The notes under the pieces: generated by a model
What the model saw: the letters and a program-made list of their open reading frames with translations, nothing else
The model's database searches: none
What the model was told of the DNA's origin: nothing
Translations under genes and position numbers: made by a program
Shown here: positions 11,653-24,460 of the stretch, in pieces
Numbering within the stretch: position 1 is the stretch's first letter
Layout of the letters: each line of letters begins with the position of its first letter
Assembly (NCBI GenBank): GCA_030704615.1
Contig: CM060733.1
Location: forward strand, 14,570,001-14,634,000
DNA length: 64,000 nt
Reading direction: 5' to 3'
Origin: Takakia lepidozioides
Taxonomy: Eukaryota; Plantae; Bryophyta

Positions 11653-14600
11653 TATTTAAACATCTGTGTTTTCCGCTCCTCACCGGTTTAACGACAAGTA
11701 TTCTATGCTCCGTTGGTGTTACTGGAACAGCCTGTATTTGCTCCTGTGGTTCTATATGCAAATCGTGCCTCAATGGCTTGTCATGTATACCACTGTATCC
11801 TTTCAACTTGTTGGCATTGACCCTGCCCAGCATTTCTTTGTTAATGGTTTGTAACATGGCCTTGTTGTTATCATACATCTTTTGTATGACATAAGGTCCC
11901 TTCCATGGCGATTTAAGCTTAGAAGCCTTAATCTTTCCCTTCTTCTGTAACCACAAAACCAAATCTCTTGTTTTGAAAGTCTTCAACTTCCCTTCATCAA
12001 ACTGATCCTTCCTTGTCATCTGTATTCTCGTCATGTTGTCAGCTGCATCAGCTCGTACTTCCTCCATATGGTATAATTCATGTTTCCTGACCTTAATTGA
12101 ATCTTCCAATTCCATTCTTCTTCCCCATTCAGTTCTCATAGTAGGTAATAAAAACTCCACTGGAAGTAAAGCTTCCATACCATAAACTAATTGGAATGGT
12201 GTATACTTAGTGGTGACTTTATATGAAGTCCTGTATGACCACAAAGCTGTCAGTAGCTTTGTATCCCAGTCTGTTCTGTTTGCATTGACTATTTTAGCCA
12301 AGATGGTACATAGTATTTTGTTGGTAGCCTCTACCTGTCCATTACCTTGTGGGTAATAGGTTGTACTTTTCCTATGCACAATCATGAACTCCTTAGTCAA
12401 GAGTTCTATGGTCTCATTGATGAAGTGACTTCCCTGATCACTGATAAATTCCAGGGGACAGCCAAACCGTGTAAGTATGTTCTCATACAAGAACCTGGCT
12501 GTGGACTTAGCTGTGTTGTCCCTTAGAGCTTTAGCTTCCACCCACTTCGTAGTATAATCAGTAGCTGTGATTATATACTTGTTCTGTGTATTCTTGGCTG
12601 GTGGGTTTATTGGTCCAACAAAGTCCAGTCCCCATTTCTGAAATGGTTCAGTAGGCATTGTAGGATGCAAAGTCATCTTCCCAGACCTCTGCAATGGTCC
12701 TAGCCTCTGACACTCATCACAAGTTTTACAATACTTGTGCACATCTTTGAACAAGGTAGGCCACCAGTAACCGGCAAGTAGTATCTTCCTACTGGTAGTC
12801 TCTTCTCCAAAATGGCCCCCTGCCACTCCTTTATGAACTTCTTCCAAAACTTTATCAACTTCAAGGTGGTATAAGCATCGCTTCAGCACTCCATCTGGTC
12901 CTAGCTTATACATTCTGCTTCCTACCATAGTGTAAGGTAAAGCCTTGATAGCAATTCTCTTTCTCTGCTCCTTCCCATAACTTGGTGGACATTGACCATG
13001 AGTAAGATAGTATCTGATTGGCCATTGCCAATCTAACCAATCATCTGCACTTCCCTGCACCTCCACGGCAAATAAGCTCGCATCTGGTAATTGATCATCT
13101 CCTCCTGTGGCTGGTTCACCTGTTGATAACCGTGACAAGTGGTCCGCCACAAGATGCAGCCTCCCAGGCTTGTAAATAACCTCAAACTCAAATTCGTGTA
13201 AGATTATCAACCATCTTGCTATTCTTCCGCTTATCAGAGGTTTGTTTACCAAGTATATCAAAGCTTGGTGATCCACATAGAACATAAACTTCTTACCCAA
13301 CAGGTAATGCCTGAATTTCTTCACTGCATAGATCATTGCCAATGCTTCTCTTTCTGTTGTGCTATAATTTCTTTCAGCATTGTTCATTAATCGGCTAGCA
13401 TAGTACACAGTGAATCTATCCTTCCTGTAACATTTTGGGCTAGCACCGCTCCCAATGCTTCTCCTGAAGCATCACAGTGAACATGGAACATTTCCTGCCA
13501 GTGAGGATTAATCAATACAGGTGTAGTTGTCATTGACAATGTCAGTTCCTCAAAAGCCTGTTGACATTCATCTGTCCATGCAAACACTGCGTCTTTTTTT
13601 AAAAGTTTGCTCAAAGGTGCTGCCATCTGTGCATACCGTCTGACAAATCTTCTGTAGTAGCTGGTTTGTCCCAGGAATCTCCTTAGACTCTTAGCATTTA
13701 CTGGAGGTGGGGAGGCTTTAATGGCCTCCGTCTTTCTGGGATCCACTAGAAGTCCCTTTTTACACACTATGTGTCCCAAAAGTACCCCTGAGTTCACACA
13801 GAAAGTACATTTCTCTGGATTCAGGCCCAGACCTCTCATCCTGCATCTGGCCAAGCACAACTCCAATTTATGCAAGTGCTCACTCTTAGAGCTATACACA
13901 CTGAAATCATCCAAGAACACCTGCATGAAATCATCAAGGTACTCCTGAAAAGATTCACTTATAACTCTCTGGAAAGTTGCTGGTGCATTACAAAGTCCAA
14001 AAGGCATGACTTTGTATGCATAAGCACCCCAGTCGTGATGAAAGCTGTTTTTCCTTGATCTTCCTCTGCCACCTGTACTTGATTATAACCACTGAAGCCA
14101 TCCATGAATGAATACATCTCATGGCCTGCCACAGTGTCCAATACTGCTTCTGTGAATGGTAGAGGAAAAGGATCCTTCCTCGTACAAGCATTCAGCTTCT
14201 TGTAGTTCACACAAACTCTTAGTTTGCCATTTTTCTTGGGAACTATCACAATGGGTGACAACCAAGTTGTGTACTCTATCGGGTATATAAATTTAGCTTC
14301 AGCCAACTTTTTGATCTCTTCTCCAACCTTCTCTGCATAGTTGGGATTCATCCTGTATCTCGCCTGTTTAACTGGTATTGATCCTGGTTCCAGTTCAATC
14401 TTATGTTGACAGATTCAGGTGGTATCCCCTTCAGATCCTCATAGCTCCAAGCAAATACATCTCTGTATTTAATGAACAGACTCTTTGCTTCCTCAAAGAA
14501 TTCTGGCTCTAGATCCGCCCCTACCTTCACCATCCTTGGTTCCTTCTCAGTTCCCACATTCACTTCCCTCACCTGCTCATCAGCTGTGATTGTCCAACCA

Positions 14601-17600
14601 GTTACTATTTCATCCTGTAGACTTACAGTGGCTGGTTCCTCTAGGATATCAATCTCTCCTTCCCTTTCCTCATAAAAATGTGGTGGGTAACTATTTATTT
14701 CCTCCTCAATTGGGGTTGTTGTCACTGCACCACAGTAGATACTTTTTAAACAACTCAGGCCTTCTAATTGCATCTCTGCAACCTGTTCCCACTCTGGGTG
14801 TGCAGCGAACAAAGTAGCTTCCTGTTCCTCATCCAGTCCTTCTTTCCAATCATACTCTCTGACCCCTCTTGGTCTTCTTGTAGCAGATAGTCTTTCAGAT
14901 TTCTTAGTGGTGATTTGTATCTTGTTCAACCCATCCTGCACAGTCAGTAACTGTGAATTCCAATCATGAGGACACTTTGGCCTGTTTCAGCCATGGTCTT
15001 CCCAACAATAAGGAATAAGCTTCCAGGACTTCATTCATCTTCAACACAGTTACTGTGATCTTAAAGATCATCTCTTGAATCTGGATTTTAACTCCTCTGA
15101 TCAATCCCAATGGCTGTACACTCCTTTGGTCTGCCATGGTTACTGTAAATGGGGCTGGTTTCATGTTGTTTAGACCTAGCTTCTGCCTCAATTGGTCTGT
15201 CATGATATTCACACCAGAGCCTCCATCTATCAGTACATCTGCCAGCTCTGTGCTTCCAATTCTCAACTGGATAACTGGCATAGAATCATCAAAATCCATG
15301 ATTGTTTCTTGCCCTTCTGGCCTCACATTATAACTGGTCACCTTGCTGTTCAGGTCTGTGTTCTCTGTCAAATGGGCAATCCTGTTGATTGCTTGATACA
15401 GCCTGTGTCTACAATAAGGTGCCACAGCTAATAGCTGTCCAATGGTAATTTCCACCTTGGACTGGCATATCACTTCAGCCAATGTCCCTTCCTTACCCTG
15501 CACTTCTGCAGCTTCCCTCTTTCCTTCTTCCTCACTGACTTCTTCTTCTCCTTCAGAGTCTGAGGAGTCTACCATGGGAATATCAGTACTCTTCTGCATT
15601 TCCCGTATGGTATCCGCCACTTCCTTGTGCAGTTCCTTCTCATCTCTCCAAGCCTCATCATCTTCAGGCACATCACTGCCATCTTCATTATCATCAACTT
15701 CATCTTCCACTGGAGGTACTAATTTGGTTCTGCTTCTTGTTACTATCATTGTACTCACTTCCGGTACAATACATGGCCTAACCATGTGGGCTGCCACTAC
15801 TGGCCCCTCATTCCCAGGAGCTCTCATCTCATTCTGGTGTCTGATCCAGAATGGACAAGCCGCCTTACGATGTCCTGCCTGATTACAATAGTAACACAGT
15901 TCTTCTCCATTGGGTCCTCGCCCTTGGTCTGCTCTGGGATTATTTCTGTAATCCTGATTCCCTGGCTGGTAATTCCCTCTTGGATTACCCTGATAGCCAC
16001 CCCTGGGATGTCCCTGGTAATTCCCTCTTGGATTACCTCTCCTTTCCATGCCATTGTTATAACCACCTGTCCTACCATAGTGGTCTTGATCATTGTTTCT
16101 TCTTGGCTGGGGTTGCACTTGATGCACCCTTATCTGCCTAGGCTCTCTTACTGCTGTTCTTCTGTTGTAGTAACAATTCTCAGTAGAATGGTTATCCATT
16201 TTACAGATAGTGCAGTGTTTCTCCTTCATGTGGCATTCAGTAGTGGTGTGGCCTTCATTCTGGCATTTTGCACACCAAACACCCTTCCTCCAATGTGTTG
16301 CAGCCTCTGTGGCATACTTTTTCAAGATTTCTTCTAATCTCTTCTCATAATTTTCCCTCTTCATTTTTTCCTTCTTTTTACTCTTCTTCTTATGCTCCAT
16401 CTCCTCTTCTTCTTCTTCTGACTCATCCTCAGAGTCCTCTTCATCTCTTTTCTCCTTCCTGAGCATTCCCAACTGCTCAATTCTGTTTGCTGTTTCAAAT
16501 GCCTCCTCCACTGTATTGTGGGGTAACATGTCTAGTTTCTTTTGCAACTCTGGCCTTAGTCCATTCACAAACCAAACCTTCTGCAATCCTGGTGCTGGTA
16601 TAGCAGCCAACTTTTTCATCATCAACTCCATTTTCTCCATATACTCTTCAACAGTTTCATGCTTCTTCTGCTTCAGCTGCTGTAAACTCCCATACACTTC
16701 ATCCTCAGTTTTACTGGTCCTGAACCTATTTCGGAAAGCTGTACTCAATCCATTCCAGGTTAGGAAATAATTATCAGGGAATCTTGCATACCATTCACTG
16801 GCTTTCTTTATAAGTGAACACGGAAACAGTCTCATCTTGGCATCATCGCCATTCTCATTGTTCACTATACACATGTGCTCAAATTGGCTAATGTGTACAT
16901 CAGGATCCCCTTTCCTTGAATATATCGGAAAAGGTGGTTTAGCCCGTGTTGGTTGTAACGCCATCTGCGACCCTACACCCTGCCCCCTGACAGTTGTTGG
17001 CCCTTTGGCTGATGCTGGTCCCTGTGGACCTGTAGTATTTGTGGTGGTTCTTCCACCAATTACTGGCCCCTGAGCCCTTCCTGCTCCTAGCCTTTCTATA
17101 TTCACAGTATTCCCAGCCTCAGTTGCACTACTTTCCACACTCCCTGTCCCCCCAGAGCCAGATCCAGGTCTTTCGCCTGATCCCTCTGAGCCGACACCTT
17201 CGTTGGTCTGTGATCCAAGTGCTCCACTTGATCCAGGTCCAACGGGTTGGGATGTCCTGGTTGTAGTCTCAACCTTAGCTGCTGGGTCTACTTCTTCATA
17301 TTCTTCCTCTTCCAATTTCTTCTCTCTATTTTCATCCTCCAAGTTCTGCCCTTGGTTTTCTTCTTCTTCACTCATGTAACTATTTTGTAATAATGTTGGA
17401 GAGTTTGAACTCTCCGCTGGTTCTGCATCCTCATCTTCTGCTCCCGAAACTGGAGTTCCTGCTCTTGGTGTTCCATGCCAACTCTTATCAAAGATTTCTG
17501 CCAAATCTTTTATCCAGGGATGTACCTCAGATCTTTCATCTCGTGGTTGATCTTCTTCCTCTGCCAAGTCCCTTAATCTTTCTTGCAAAGAAAAAGAAGG

Positions 17601-17783
17601 TGTGGTATCCAACTCTAGCTCCTCTAGTATAGGTGATGTACTCCCTGATCTCAATGGTGTGAGAGGTCCAGATGATTCCCCAATGTCTATTCCTCTCTCC
17701 CACAGGTATGGATAATGAGCTTTCAGATAACTTTCTCTTTTTGCTGAATATCTTTGGAGTCTAGCTTCTCTTTCATCACTCAT
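11543..17783 (-). CDS. Element B gag-pol polyprotein with several 1-bp frameshifts
   Basis: Capsid-like region, three CX2CX4HX4C knuckles, protease DGGSGVNI, RT (LRVCVNYKKLN, DGFSGYNQ, MPFGLCNAPATFQR, FLDD), RNase H (CDAS, NYSTTERE), integrase (HHCC, WGLDFVG, SDQG, GPY). Confidence 0.92.
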
Positions 17784-17804
17784 GTCCCATATCTTTCATT
17801 TCTT

Positions 17805-18500
17805 TTAGTGTGGCAACAACCAAAATTCTCTCCTGTAGTATCTCTCATATATGCCTGGGTTTCTTTCCAGCTTCAATGTACCTCTGGCTATACTGGAAGT
17901 CTCCATTACCATATAACCATACGGTAAACAAGTCTGAAAAGCTGTTCTTGGTGTAAGTTTGATCCACAAGATATCCTTTGGAATCCAATTCTTTACCAAT
18001 ACAAGCTCCTCATGCATATGAGTGTAAACATTCACTTTCCTTTCCTCCCAGCTTTCAAACTCTACCCGCTTAATAGATAGTAAGGCTATCACATAAACCA
18101 ATGTTGGTAACCACCGTGCTCTTCCTCTACAGGCTACCTGATAAATCTTTATCACTCCTTTCTCCAGACCCCATTCCGGATCAGCATCATGCACTCGCTT
18201 AAGAATATTTTCTTTACAACCGTCTGGCAATTTCAAGAACCTTTGAAAGAATTGTTTGGACAATCTTTCTTCCTTCGTTCCACAGGGAATTTGATTCACT
18301 TCAAATTCTTTAATCCTCCAACCACCATGATCCCACCAGATGCCTGTCACATCTGGTTGTTCATGACTCAGTTCCCCAGTATGATCGCCAAATGTCACAC
18401 GGCTTTTACTCACCCATCCCTTCGCTATCCGAGGGGGAAACTCCAAGATAGAAGAGTTGGATATCTCTAAGCATTCAGCCCGCGTGAAACAATCAGTCAT
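17805..18500 (-). CDS. Uncharacterised 231-aa extra ORF upstream of gag, starting inside the 5' LTR
   Basis: Uninterrupted ORF with ATG in U5, reads through the LTR end and PBS, stops 21 nt before the gag ATG; protein-like composition. Confidence 0.6.
   Translation of the reverse strand: MTDCFTRAECLEISNSSILEFPPRIAKGWVSKSRVTFGDHTGELSHEQPDVTGIWWDHGGWRIKEFEVNQIPCGTKEERLSKQFFQRFLKLPDGCKENILKRVHDADPEWGLEKGVIKIYQVACRGRARWLPTLVYVIALLSIKRVEFESWEERKVNVYTHMHEELVLVKNWIPKDILWIKLTPRTAFQTCLPYGYMVMETSSIARGTLKLERNPGIYERYYRREFWLLPH
18373..18390 (-). promoter_or_regulatory. tRNA primer-binding site of element B (probably tRNA-Arg)
   Basis: TGGCGATCATACTGGGGA begins 2 nt after the LTR end; resembles the TGGCGAC..CTGGGGA Arg-type PBS of Tat/Ogre elements. 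Confidence 0.7.
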
Positions 18501-19295
18501 GACCTGCAGCTAGTGAATCATTGTTGGGTTTCCAATTATATTCCTTATCAGTTTATATTCCCTGTTTATCATGACCAGGTATCTTTTTAAGCGTCAGATT
18601 GCTTCTTGGGCCCCCTGATTTCATTCATACATAGCTTCACTCAAGTCTCTCAACACAAGGTGTTTGTATCGGATGAGAATCAGATTAATCATAATCGGAT
18701 ACATGCTGATGTCCTAACTTCTCTAATCTATCCCTCTAAGTAATCCTACATCTCGTACTAACTCTGTCCTATAGTATCTCATTCCTCCTCGCCAGCTTCC
18801 CTTCCTTCGATCTTAGTCCTCCCCCAGGAGTGATCTCCGTGGCAAAAGTCCCCCAGCAGTGATCTCCATCCCCCAAAAGTGTTCCCCAAAAAGTGATGCT
18901 CTCCCGTCTCCGCTGCCCGCTTTATCTCCTTCCCCCCTGTTCTAACCGTTTTCCTTCACTAACCGTCCTCCGTGAATTACATGTTCCCCGGCAGATGTTG
19001 TTCCCCACAGTCGTTCCCTGTCATGATAACCGTTCCCTACGACTGTGATAGCTGTGACTGACTGTGCGACTGTGACGGCTGTTTCGGGCTGTGTATGGCT
19101 GTGACGGGCTGTGACTGTGACGGGCTCTGACGGGCTGTGTATGGCTGTGATGGTCTGTGACTGTGTCGGGCTGTGACTGGCTGTGACGGGCTATCTCAAA
19201 AATTTAAGGGTACCCCTCAGAACCCATAGAAGTGTCTAAGTCTCAGACTCCACAGAACCCATAAAAATGCCTAAGTCCCAGACTGCCTCCTAACA
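18393..19295 (-). repeat. Element B 5' LTR
   Basis: Direct repeat of 6244-7151; followed on the minus strand by the PBS. Confidence 0.95.
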
Positions 19296-19300
19296 GATAC

Positions 19301-19734
19301 CTCCTTTGTTTAAGGAAGCTTCTCCATAAAAAAACCTTTGTTTAATCTTGGAAACTTCTCCATCAAGAAACCTCCATAGGGGAAGCTTCTTAGGGAAGCT
19401 TCTTAGTAACCAGTATATATAGGAGGCGAGACTGGACACTCTTCAGTCTCGCCAACTCCAGTTCAAGCTACTCTTGTTTCCAGTTCCCAGTACTCCAGTC
19501 CAGTTCCCAGTTTTCTAGCCCAGTTTCCAGTATCTGGTACTCCAGTCCAGTTTCCAGCATTCCAGTATTCAAGTCGTGTTCCAATATCTTGTACTCTTGT
19601 TCATTGTTATAAAGATCGTCTTGATTCCTATTCACTCATCATGCATACGGCCACGCCGACCTTGACTTCTTGTCTAGTCTTGTATCTCTAGTTTGATCTT
19701 TTGTTTGTGTTCAGTCATGTTCTCGTCCTTGACA
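19301..19734 (+). repeat. Element A 5' LTR, second part (TATA box, R, U5)
   Basis: Resumes LTR homology after the duplicated GATAC; ends CTCGTCCTTGACA like the 3' LTR. Confidence 0.92.
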
Positions 19735-19736
19735 GT

Positions 19737-19747
19737 TTGGCGAGACT
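19737..19747 (+). promoter_or_regulatory. Self-priming primer-binding site of element A
   Basis: TTGGCGAGACT is the exact complement of AGTCTCGCCAA (19445-19455), which lies 31 nt after the start of the LTR TATATATA. Confidence 0.8.
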
Positions 19748-19772
19748 AAAGTTTTTTCCTTAGTTAGTTAAG

Positions 19773-22141
19773 ATGGAAGACACAATTGCGGAAATGGTTA
19801 TCACATTGCAGAGTCTTCAACTCTAGAAGCAAGAACTTCGTGCTTCTACTGCCCAACTACAAGCTGATTAGTCTCAAGATCTTGGCAACGCTTTCAACAA
19901 TTTGCAACAACAAATTTCAGAGTTGAAGGAGTCGAACAATGGATCTTCAACCCTACGACAACAAATCCTACTGCAACGGTTCCTCCAAATCATCAACAGA
20001 TTACAAGGGAACCAAAGGTCATCATGCCCAAAAATTTGATGGGATGAGATCAAGATTTCGCGGTTTTGTTCATTCATGAGAGCTACGAAGAAAGACGTGA
20101 CATTTACACTTTATGCGACTTCGATCAAAACCACAACAGACCAAGGTACTTCAACATTACCCACTCAATACCAAGATTTCAAGGATGTCTTTGAGAAGAA
20201 AAATGCAGACATGTTGCCAGAACATCGACCTTATGATTGTGCAATTGAGTTGCAAGAAGGAGCTCAACCACCCGGTACATGCAGACCCATCTAAGCCATT
20301 CTTTTTGGAAGCAGATGCATCGGACTTTGCACTTGGCGCGGTACTCTCTCAATATGGTACAGATGGCCGATTTCACCCTGTTGTTTTTGAGGAGTGGCGT
20401 CATCTATTGGAGGGAGCTAAACATCATGTCACTGTCTATACCGATCACAAAAACCTCGAGTATTTTATGAGTGCTCGTGTTTTGAATCGACGTCAAGCGA
20501 GATGGAGTATGTCACTAGCAAGGTTTTGATTTTGTCGTTACATACCGTCCCGGATATCTTCAAAGAAAACCAGATGCTCTTTCTCGATGTTCGTATCTTG
20601 CACCAAAAGAAGGGGTCGCAGCTTTTGACCAATATAAATCCATCATCTTGAAACCAGCAAATCTCCAATTGAATATGCTATCCATGTCCACCTATGACGA
20701 TGTAGAGATCATAAACGAGATTCAGGAAGCACTGAAGAGCGACCAATTTGCTACGACACTACGAAGTCAACTAAATCGACCTCGAGACAACCCACATGTT
20801 ACAAACGACTTTGAATTCAAAGATGGCTTACTTTATTTCAAGGGACTTCTCTATGTACCTCCAGGACCTACACGACTTCGAATTCTTCAAACATGTCATG
20901 ATCTTCCAGCTACAGGACATTTCGGCTTCAACAAAACAATGGAATTGATATCCAGGGACTATTGGTGGCCGCAGATGTGGAAATTCGTAAAAGAATTTAT
21001 AAAATCTTGCAACACATGTGCTAGAGCGAAGGGACCACGACATCGACCTTACGGCCTTCTTCAACCATTACCCATTCCCAAGGGCCCAAGGTCGTCCGTG
21101 TCTATGGACTTTATTACGGACCTTCCAATTTCCAAGACCACCGATTCAATCCTTGTTTTTGTAGATCGTTTCACGAAGATGACACATTTCATTCCATGTA
21201 ATAAGACGGTTACCGGCGAGGAAACTGCAAGACTCTTCCTCAATAATATCTACCGCATTCATGGACTCCCGAAGGACATCGTATCTGATCGAGGACCACA
21301 TGTCATATCACATTTCTGGAGGGGATTATTTCACATATTAGATACTAAGATCAACCTTTCTACAGCTAATCATCCACAGACTGATGGTCAAACCGAACGT
21401 GTAAACCATATTTTGGAGCAGTATCTTCGTTGTACGATAAATTATCACCAAGATAATTGGACGGACCTTCTATCATTGGCTGAGTTTGCCTACAACAACA
21501 CTATACATTCTTCGACCAAGCAAACTCCATTTTTCTCCAATTATGGTCATCATCCTCGAGCAAACCCTTTCCACATGAAGACTGTTGGAAGATTTGCTGC
21601 AGAAAACCTTGCTACTCATCTTGCTACGATTCACAAGGAGCTTACATTCCACCTCGCTAAAGCTCAAAAACAATACAAGGAGTATGCAGATTAACGTCGT
21701 CAACTCCAACCCCAATTCAAGGTCGGAGATCGTGTGTGGCTTCTTCGACGGGACATACAAACCTCGCGACCATCAAGGAAGTTGGATTATCAACGCCTGG
21801 GACCATTCAAAATTATTCGACAAATAAATCCGGTCAATTTTCGGCTTGAACTCCAACGAAGTATGTGCATCCATCCAGTCTTTCATGTTTCATTATTGGA
21901 GTTGTATCATCCATCAAATATTCCAGAGAGAGTCTCCGTACCACCTCCACCAATCGAAGTCAATCAGGAAATTGAGTATGAAGTCGACAAAGTCCTAGAC
22001 TCTCGCATCAAGTATAAACGTCTTGAATATTTCGTACATTGGAAAGGCCACGACATCAGCAAACGAACGTGGGAACTTTCATCCAACCTCGCCAATACAT
22101 CTGACAAAGTCCAAGAATTTCATCAACGACATCCAGTTTAG
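19773..22141 (+). pseudogene. Element A gag-pol remnant: gag N-terminus, RNase H part, integrase, chromodomain; protease and RT deleted
   Basis: [13 protein letters not shown] joined directly to [26 protein letters not shown]; [10 protein letters not shown]; HHCC finger, SMDFITDLP, VSDRG, HPQTDGQTER, GPF, EYEVDKVLDSR..EYFVHWKG..RTWE. Confidence 0.9.
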
Positions 22142-22735
22142 CCCCGAGCTACACGTCAATAAGACGTCACAACGATGATGTCAGCCAAGTTAGCTTCAAG
22201 ATAAAGACTCCACATTCAATGTACCTGATACACGCTCAGGAAGGAGGAGCACCACACATTAATATATATAGCTACACTTCCAGCACTCTTGTATCTTGTA
22301 TTGGCAGCATGGAGTCACAGGAACAAGATACATTGGAGCTGTCGCTTACCCAACTACCAGATCTACCGTTCCGACTCTCACAACCTTCAATATCACGCCG
22401 ACGCTCTCGAGACGATGGGCCACCAAGGCGACGCGTACTTCCTCGTCTGGACCCCGTACGACGGTAAGTAGAGCCTACTCGAAGTCTGATAATTCTGTTG
22501 GAGGTTGAGGCTTAGGACCCAGAGGGCTTCGAAAATTTCTAAATCACTGCGTGGTCCCAAGTTCAAGGTGTTGGACACTATCGATGGTTGCAGGGACCTG
22601 TAAATCATTTGAGTCAAGAATGAAGAGCCGAATACTTGGCAAGTACCATCCGTCGGATTTTGGATTTTCTCCAACTCTAAGCAAGTCCAAGATTTTACCG
22701 CTCCTCGAGGAACTCGGCGCTAGAGGGAGGGGTGA

Positions 22736-23351
22736 TGTCACGGACATAGCCCAGAGGAACTTACCAGGAGTAAATACCATAAGTTATCAAGTTACCATGT
22801 TACCGGAAATTACCATGATTTACCGTGATTTATCGTGATTTATCACGATTTACCATTACTTATCAAGTTACCGGGGGTTTATCAAATTACCAAGAGTAAC
22901 TTGGGAAACTGCTCAGGAAGCTTCCTTTGGAGGAAACTTCTCTATCAAGATACCTCATTTGTTTAAGGAAGCTTCTCCATCAAGAAACCTCCATAGGGGA
23001 AGCTTCTTAGGGAAGCTTCTTAGTAACCAGTATATATAGGAGGCGAGACTGGACACTCTTCAGTCTCGCCAACTCCAGTTCAAGCTACTCTTGTTTCCAG
23101 TTCCCAGTAATCCAGTCCAGTTCCCAGTTTTCTAGCCCAATTTCCAGTATCTGGTACTCCAGTTCAGTTTCCAGCATTCCAGTATTCAAGTTGTGTTCCA
23201 ATATCTTGTACTCTTGTTCATTATTATAAAGATCGTCTTGATTCCTATTTACTCATCGTGCATACGGCCACGCCGACCTTGACTTCTTGTCTAGTTTTGT
23301 ACCTCTAGTTTGATCTTTTGTTTGTGTTCAGTCATGTTCTCGTCCTTGACA
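22736..23351 (+). repeat. Element A 3' LTR (616 bp)
   Basis: Follows the PPT, TGTCA...TGACA ends, followed by TSD TTTCA. Confidence 0.95.
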
Positions 23352-23844
23352 TTTCACAGGAATTCTGCCTCATAGTTGTAGAAGACTCTGATGCAAAGAT
23401 GAGACTTACCAAGGGGGTGCCTCATTAGTCACATGTGGTTAGATAAAAACCAATGTCGATGATGGGATAGAGGGACCTACCCCATATTTTGTTGCAAACA
23501 CCAAAAGCTCATTTTGCCTCAGTGGCGCCCCATTAAATACACCCAACCCCCACCTCAGCAACGTCAAACCTTGAAGGGAGAGGGCATTACTGCATGCAAT
23601 TCTAGACCGTCAAAGTTATAAGCTGGAATAACTTATCGTCAGTGGGATGTGGAGCAACACCTTTGATACACAAATATAACAATAAGGTGTTACTGACATT
23701 TTCAGCAAAGCTATAAACCAGAATCTCTCATAGTTGTCAATGACACCTATGAGGACAGCGATTCTGCATAGGTGGGATAAGCTATGCCAAGTTCACAAAC
23801 ATGGCAACAACATAAGCTACTCAAGACAAGTTTCATCCCTAATC

Positions 23845-24460
23845 AATTTCAGGGTTGAGCCTGATGAGAGGGCAAAACACGCTGAAACATATAAAAGAAA
23901 ATGGTGCCCTCAGGCTGAAATGTGTTGAAGAAGGTGCCTTCATTAGCCGTGCCTTGTGGTGTCAATTGCGCTGATGCCGCTGCTGTTTCCAGTTGAGCAT
24001 CTACCCAGGCATATTTCTTGTAGCTATTGATCCACAGGGAATCAGACGTAATCTTGTGTGTGAAATCCGGCCCTCTTGGATGAATCTGGACCTCTATCCT
24101 TGGTCTTCAGCTATCCCTCCCTGTGTACAAATCATGAATACATCCTCAGCCTTGCTGCTAGCAGCTGACACTCACGGCGTGAAGTTTTTTCAGCAAACAC
24201 CCCAACCCTACTTATTATAGTAGTTCCAACTCTGAATTGCATGTCAGAAAAGTGTTCATTCCAAAGCTTATCTTCATCTCTGTTATCTATTTTTGGGTAC
24301 TTTCCTGCTGCCACATCGGCAATACCTGCAAAGTCACTCCAAACCACACAGATCCCCCCAACGAGCTAACTTACAAATTCAATATGCAATTTCAGGGTTG
24401 AGTCTGATGAGAGGGCAAAACAAGCTGAAATAGGTCGAATCAGAAGGTGCCTCACCACAT
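23845..24460. repeat. Further copies of the unit at 3140-3725
   Basis: GATGAGAGGGCAAAACA.GCTGAAA at ~23864 and ~24406; TCAGAAAAGTG..CATTCCAAAGCTT...CTTTCCTGCTGCCAC at ~24244. Confidence 0.85.

Larger units (their letters stand above)
6244..19295 (-). mobile_element. Full-length non-chromovirus Ty3/gypsy LTR retrotransposon with extra 5' and 3' ORFs (element B), nested in element A's 5' LTR
   Basis: ~905-bp near-identical LTRs, TSD GATAC (6239-6243 and 19296-19300), PBS 18373-18390, PPT 7152-7168, gag-PR-RT-RH-IN order, no chromodomain. Confidence 0.95.
6044..23351 (+). mobile_element. Ty3/gypsy chromovirus (Tcn1-like), internally deleted and non-autonomous; 5' LTR split by a nested element (element A)
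   Basis: TG..CA LTRs, 5-bp TSD TTTCA (6039-6043 and 23352-23356), PPT AGAGGGAGGGGTGA (22722-22735), RNase H, integrase and chromodomain remnants. Confidence 0.93.

Noticed and set aside
14940-14975. Programmed gag-pol ribosomal frameshift
   Set aside because: The break falls after the protease, has no slippery heptamer, and is one of many 1-bp indels
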